Shown here: positions 62,490 through 64,000 of the stretch, one piece after another | How the letters are laid out: each line of letters starts with the position of its first letter | Position numbering within the stretch: position 1 is the first letter of the stretch | Source: Haliotis rubra | Taxonomy: Eukaryota | Reading direction: 5' to 3' | Assembly: GCF_003918875.1 (NCBI RefSeq) | Contig: NW_025765448.1 | Location: forward strand, 124,001 to 188,000 | DNA length: 64,000 nt | Made by a program: the position numbers and the translations under genes | Notes under the pieces: model-generated | The model's database searches: none | The model's input: only the letters and a program-made list of their open reading frames with translations | What the model was told of the DNA's origin: nothing

Positions 62490-64000
62490 ATGGTCTTCCT
62501 CGTGTGTCTTGCAGCTCTTGTAGCACTGGCGGCTGCCAATAACTTTGGTAAGTAGGAAGTAAAGTGTTTGGTATAATATAATAAATGTAAGATTTACATG
62601 GAGATTAGTTGACTCTGTTGTACGAGTGGCATGTGGGAGAGTACATATCAACATGCCCTTAGTACATATAAGTACATCGAAATACTTTGTTAAAGCCGTT
62701 GTTGTAGTTCCCAGTGAGATAGTTCGAATTAACTAATGTCCTGATTCAGGAATCAACGGCCCTAGTAACATCTCGGAATATCCATTTAATTATGTTTTCA
62801 CTTATTTCAATATTTATTTGCTGATACGGAATTAATTTATGGTAAAGCTATGCGTTTTAACACTAACTGTCCCTTTGAACGTTTAGGCCAAAACATCGCA
62901 CAGAATCGCCCCACCGGCTCCAGCAGTGTCTTCGTCAACGGTGTTCCTCCCCTCACCGCCAGTTCAAACCTCGCCGTCGACGGCAACTTCAACTCCAACT
63001 TCTTCTCCGGCTCGTGTTTCTCCAGCGATGTTTCGGCAAATGACCCCAACCCCTTCTGGTACGTGGACCTGGGGTCCCGCGTCTATGTGTCCGGCGTCAC
63101 CATCACCAACAGAGGCGACTGCTGCGGTAAGTTTTTGTGATACCTTGTGTCTCGAAATACGACTTATATCGAAGATTATCAAATATCAGTCCAAATCTCG
63201 ATTCTAGGTTTCGGCAGTTTCAATTAGGACATGACAAATATACATATGCATTATATATGAAACGCATTTAATCTTGACGATAACGTTCCGCTTGTCATAC
63301 CCATTCGTAATTTATAATTGGATTGGGACAAACGGGGAACTAAATCGTCTTCGTCCGGACGAACCAGCAATCTGTGATCGTAGGTTCGAATCCCGGCCTG
63401 ACTGTGTTTCTATCACAGTAGTCACCCAATAAAGGCCTTCGTATTTCTCTTAAATGGTAATCATCTGGTCTCGGGTTGGTTCGGGTTTTCCCCCCATTCA
63501 AAACTAAACTGTGATATAACCGAGAAAGTGTATAAAGCGGAGTTAGGCTAAACCAGCCCATTCACTGTAATGCGAACAGACAGTAACTTGGCCTTTCATT
63601 ATACTATCCACGAAGCACAAGTCGAAGAATACCTCCGGAAAGATAAACCCTCAGTCAGAAAATAGGGGTAGCCTAGTGGTTAAGGCTCGTCACGCCGAAG
63701 ACACGGGTTCGATCCCCCACATGGGTACAATGTGTGAAGCCCATTTACGGTGTTCCCCGGTGTGATGTTGCTGGAATAATGTTAAAACTGGCATAAAACC
63801 ATACTCACTCACTCCCTCAAAAAGGATGGGAGTTCGTGTCATATAAACTGCCGGAGACGTGAATGCACTTGAAACTTGACAGTCACCTGAAGTGTATTTA
63901 CTTACATTTCTTTTTAATATTGCAGCTGACAGACTGAGTGGTTTGAGAGTTGAGGTTTTCGAGTTCAATCCAACCACGAGCGCTGAGACACCTGAGCTGT
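62490..64000 (+). CDS. F-type lectin (fucolectin/tachylectin-4, FTP domain) gene, 5' part; runs off the window
   Basis: Exons 62490-62547 (MVFLVCLAALVALAAANNF signal), 62887-63126 (NIAQNRP...LAVDGN...PFWYVDLG...ITNRGDCC) and 63926->64000 (ADRLSGLRVEV); phases 1/1. Confidence 0.88.
63665..63815 (+). mobile_element. SINE family 1 copy in lectin intron 2
   Basis: Same head and tail as 49987-50150. Confidence 0.85.

Overview
Eukaryotic, intron-rich, repeat-dense animal DNA, about 40% GC by eye, with two N gaps. The tRNA-derived SINEs with (ACTC)n/(AAAC)n tails suggest a gastropod such as abalone (inference). I built all gene models by hand from GT-AG sites and intron phases. (1) 1-21 kb, minus strand: three tandem copies of an ~8.6-9.3 kb unit holding two distantly related genes, A and B. 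Both encode secreted proteins ending in a cysteine-less Ig-like domain. B2 (369 aa) is intact, A2 (~403 aa) is open only through an internal cryptic acceptor, and the other four copies are decayed. (2) 23.3-54.3 kb, plus strand, head-to-head with B2: a 26-coding-exon, ~1585 aa single-pass receptor of SVEP1-like architecture (signal peptide, HYR, sushi, double furin site, GCC2/GCC3, pentraxin/LamG-like, EGF, TSP1, TM, Tyr-rich tail). It carries three single-base frame disruptions and two minisatellites that multiply splice donors. (3) From 62.5 kb: the 5' part of an F-type lectin gene lacking the canonical fucose-binding His. The window also has a degenerate Tc1 DD34E transposon, LINE fragments, MITEs, two SINE families and three large satellites. 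There are no prokaryotic-type systems.
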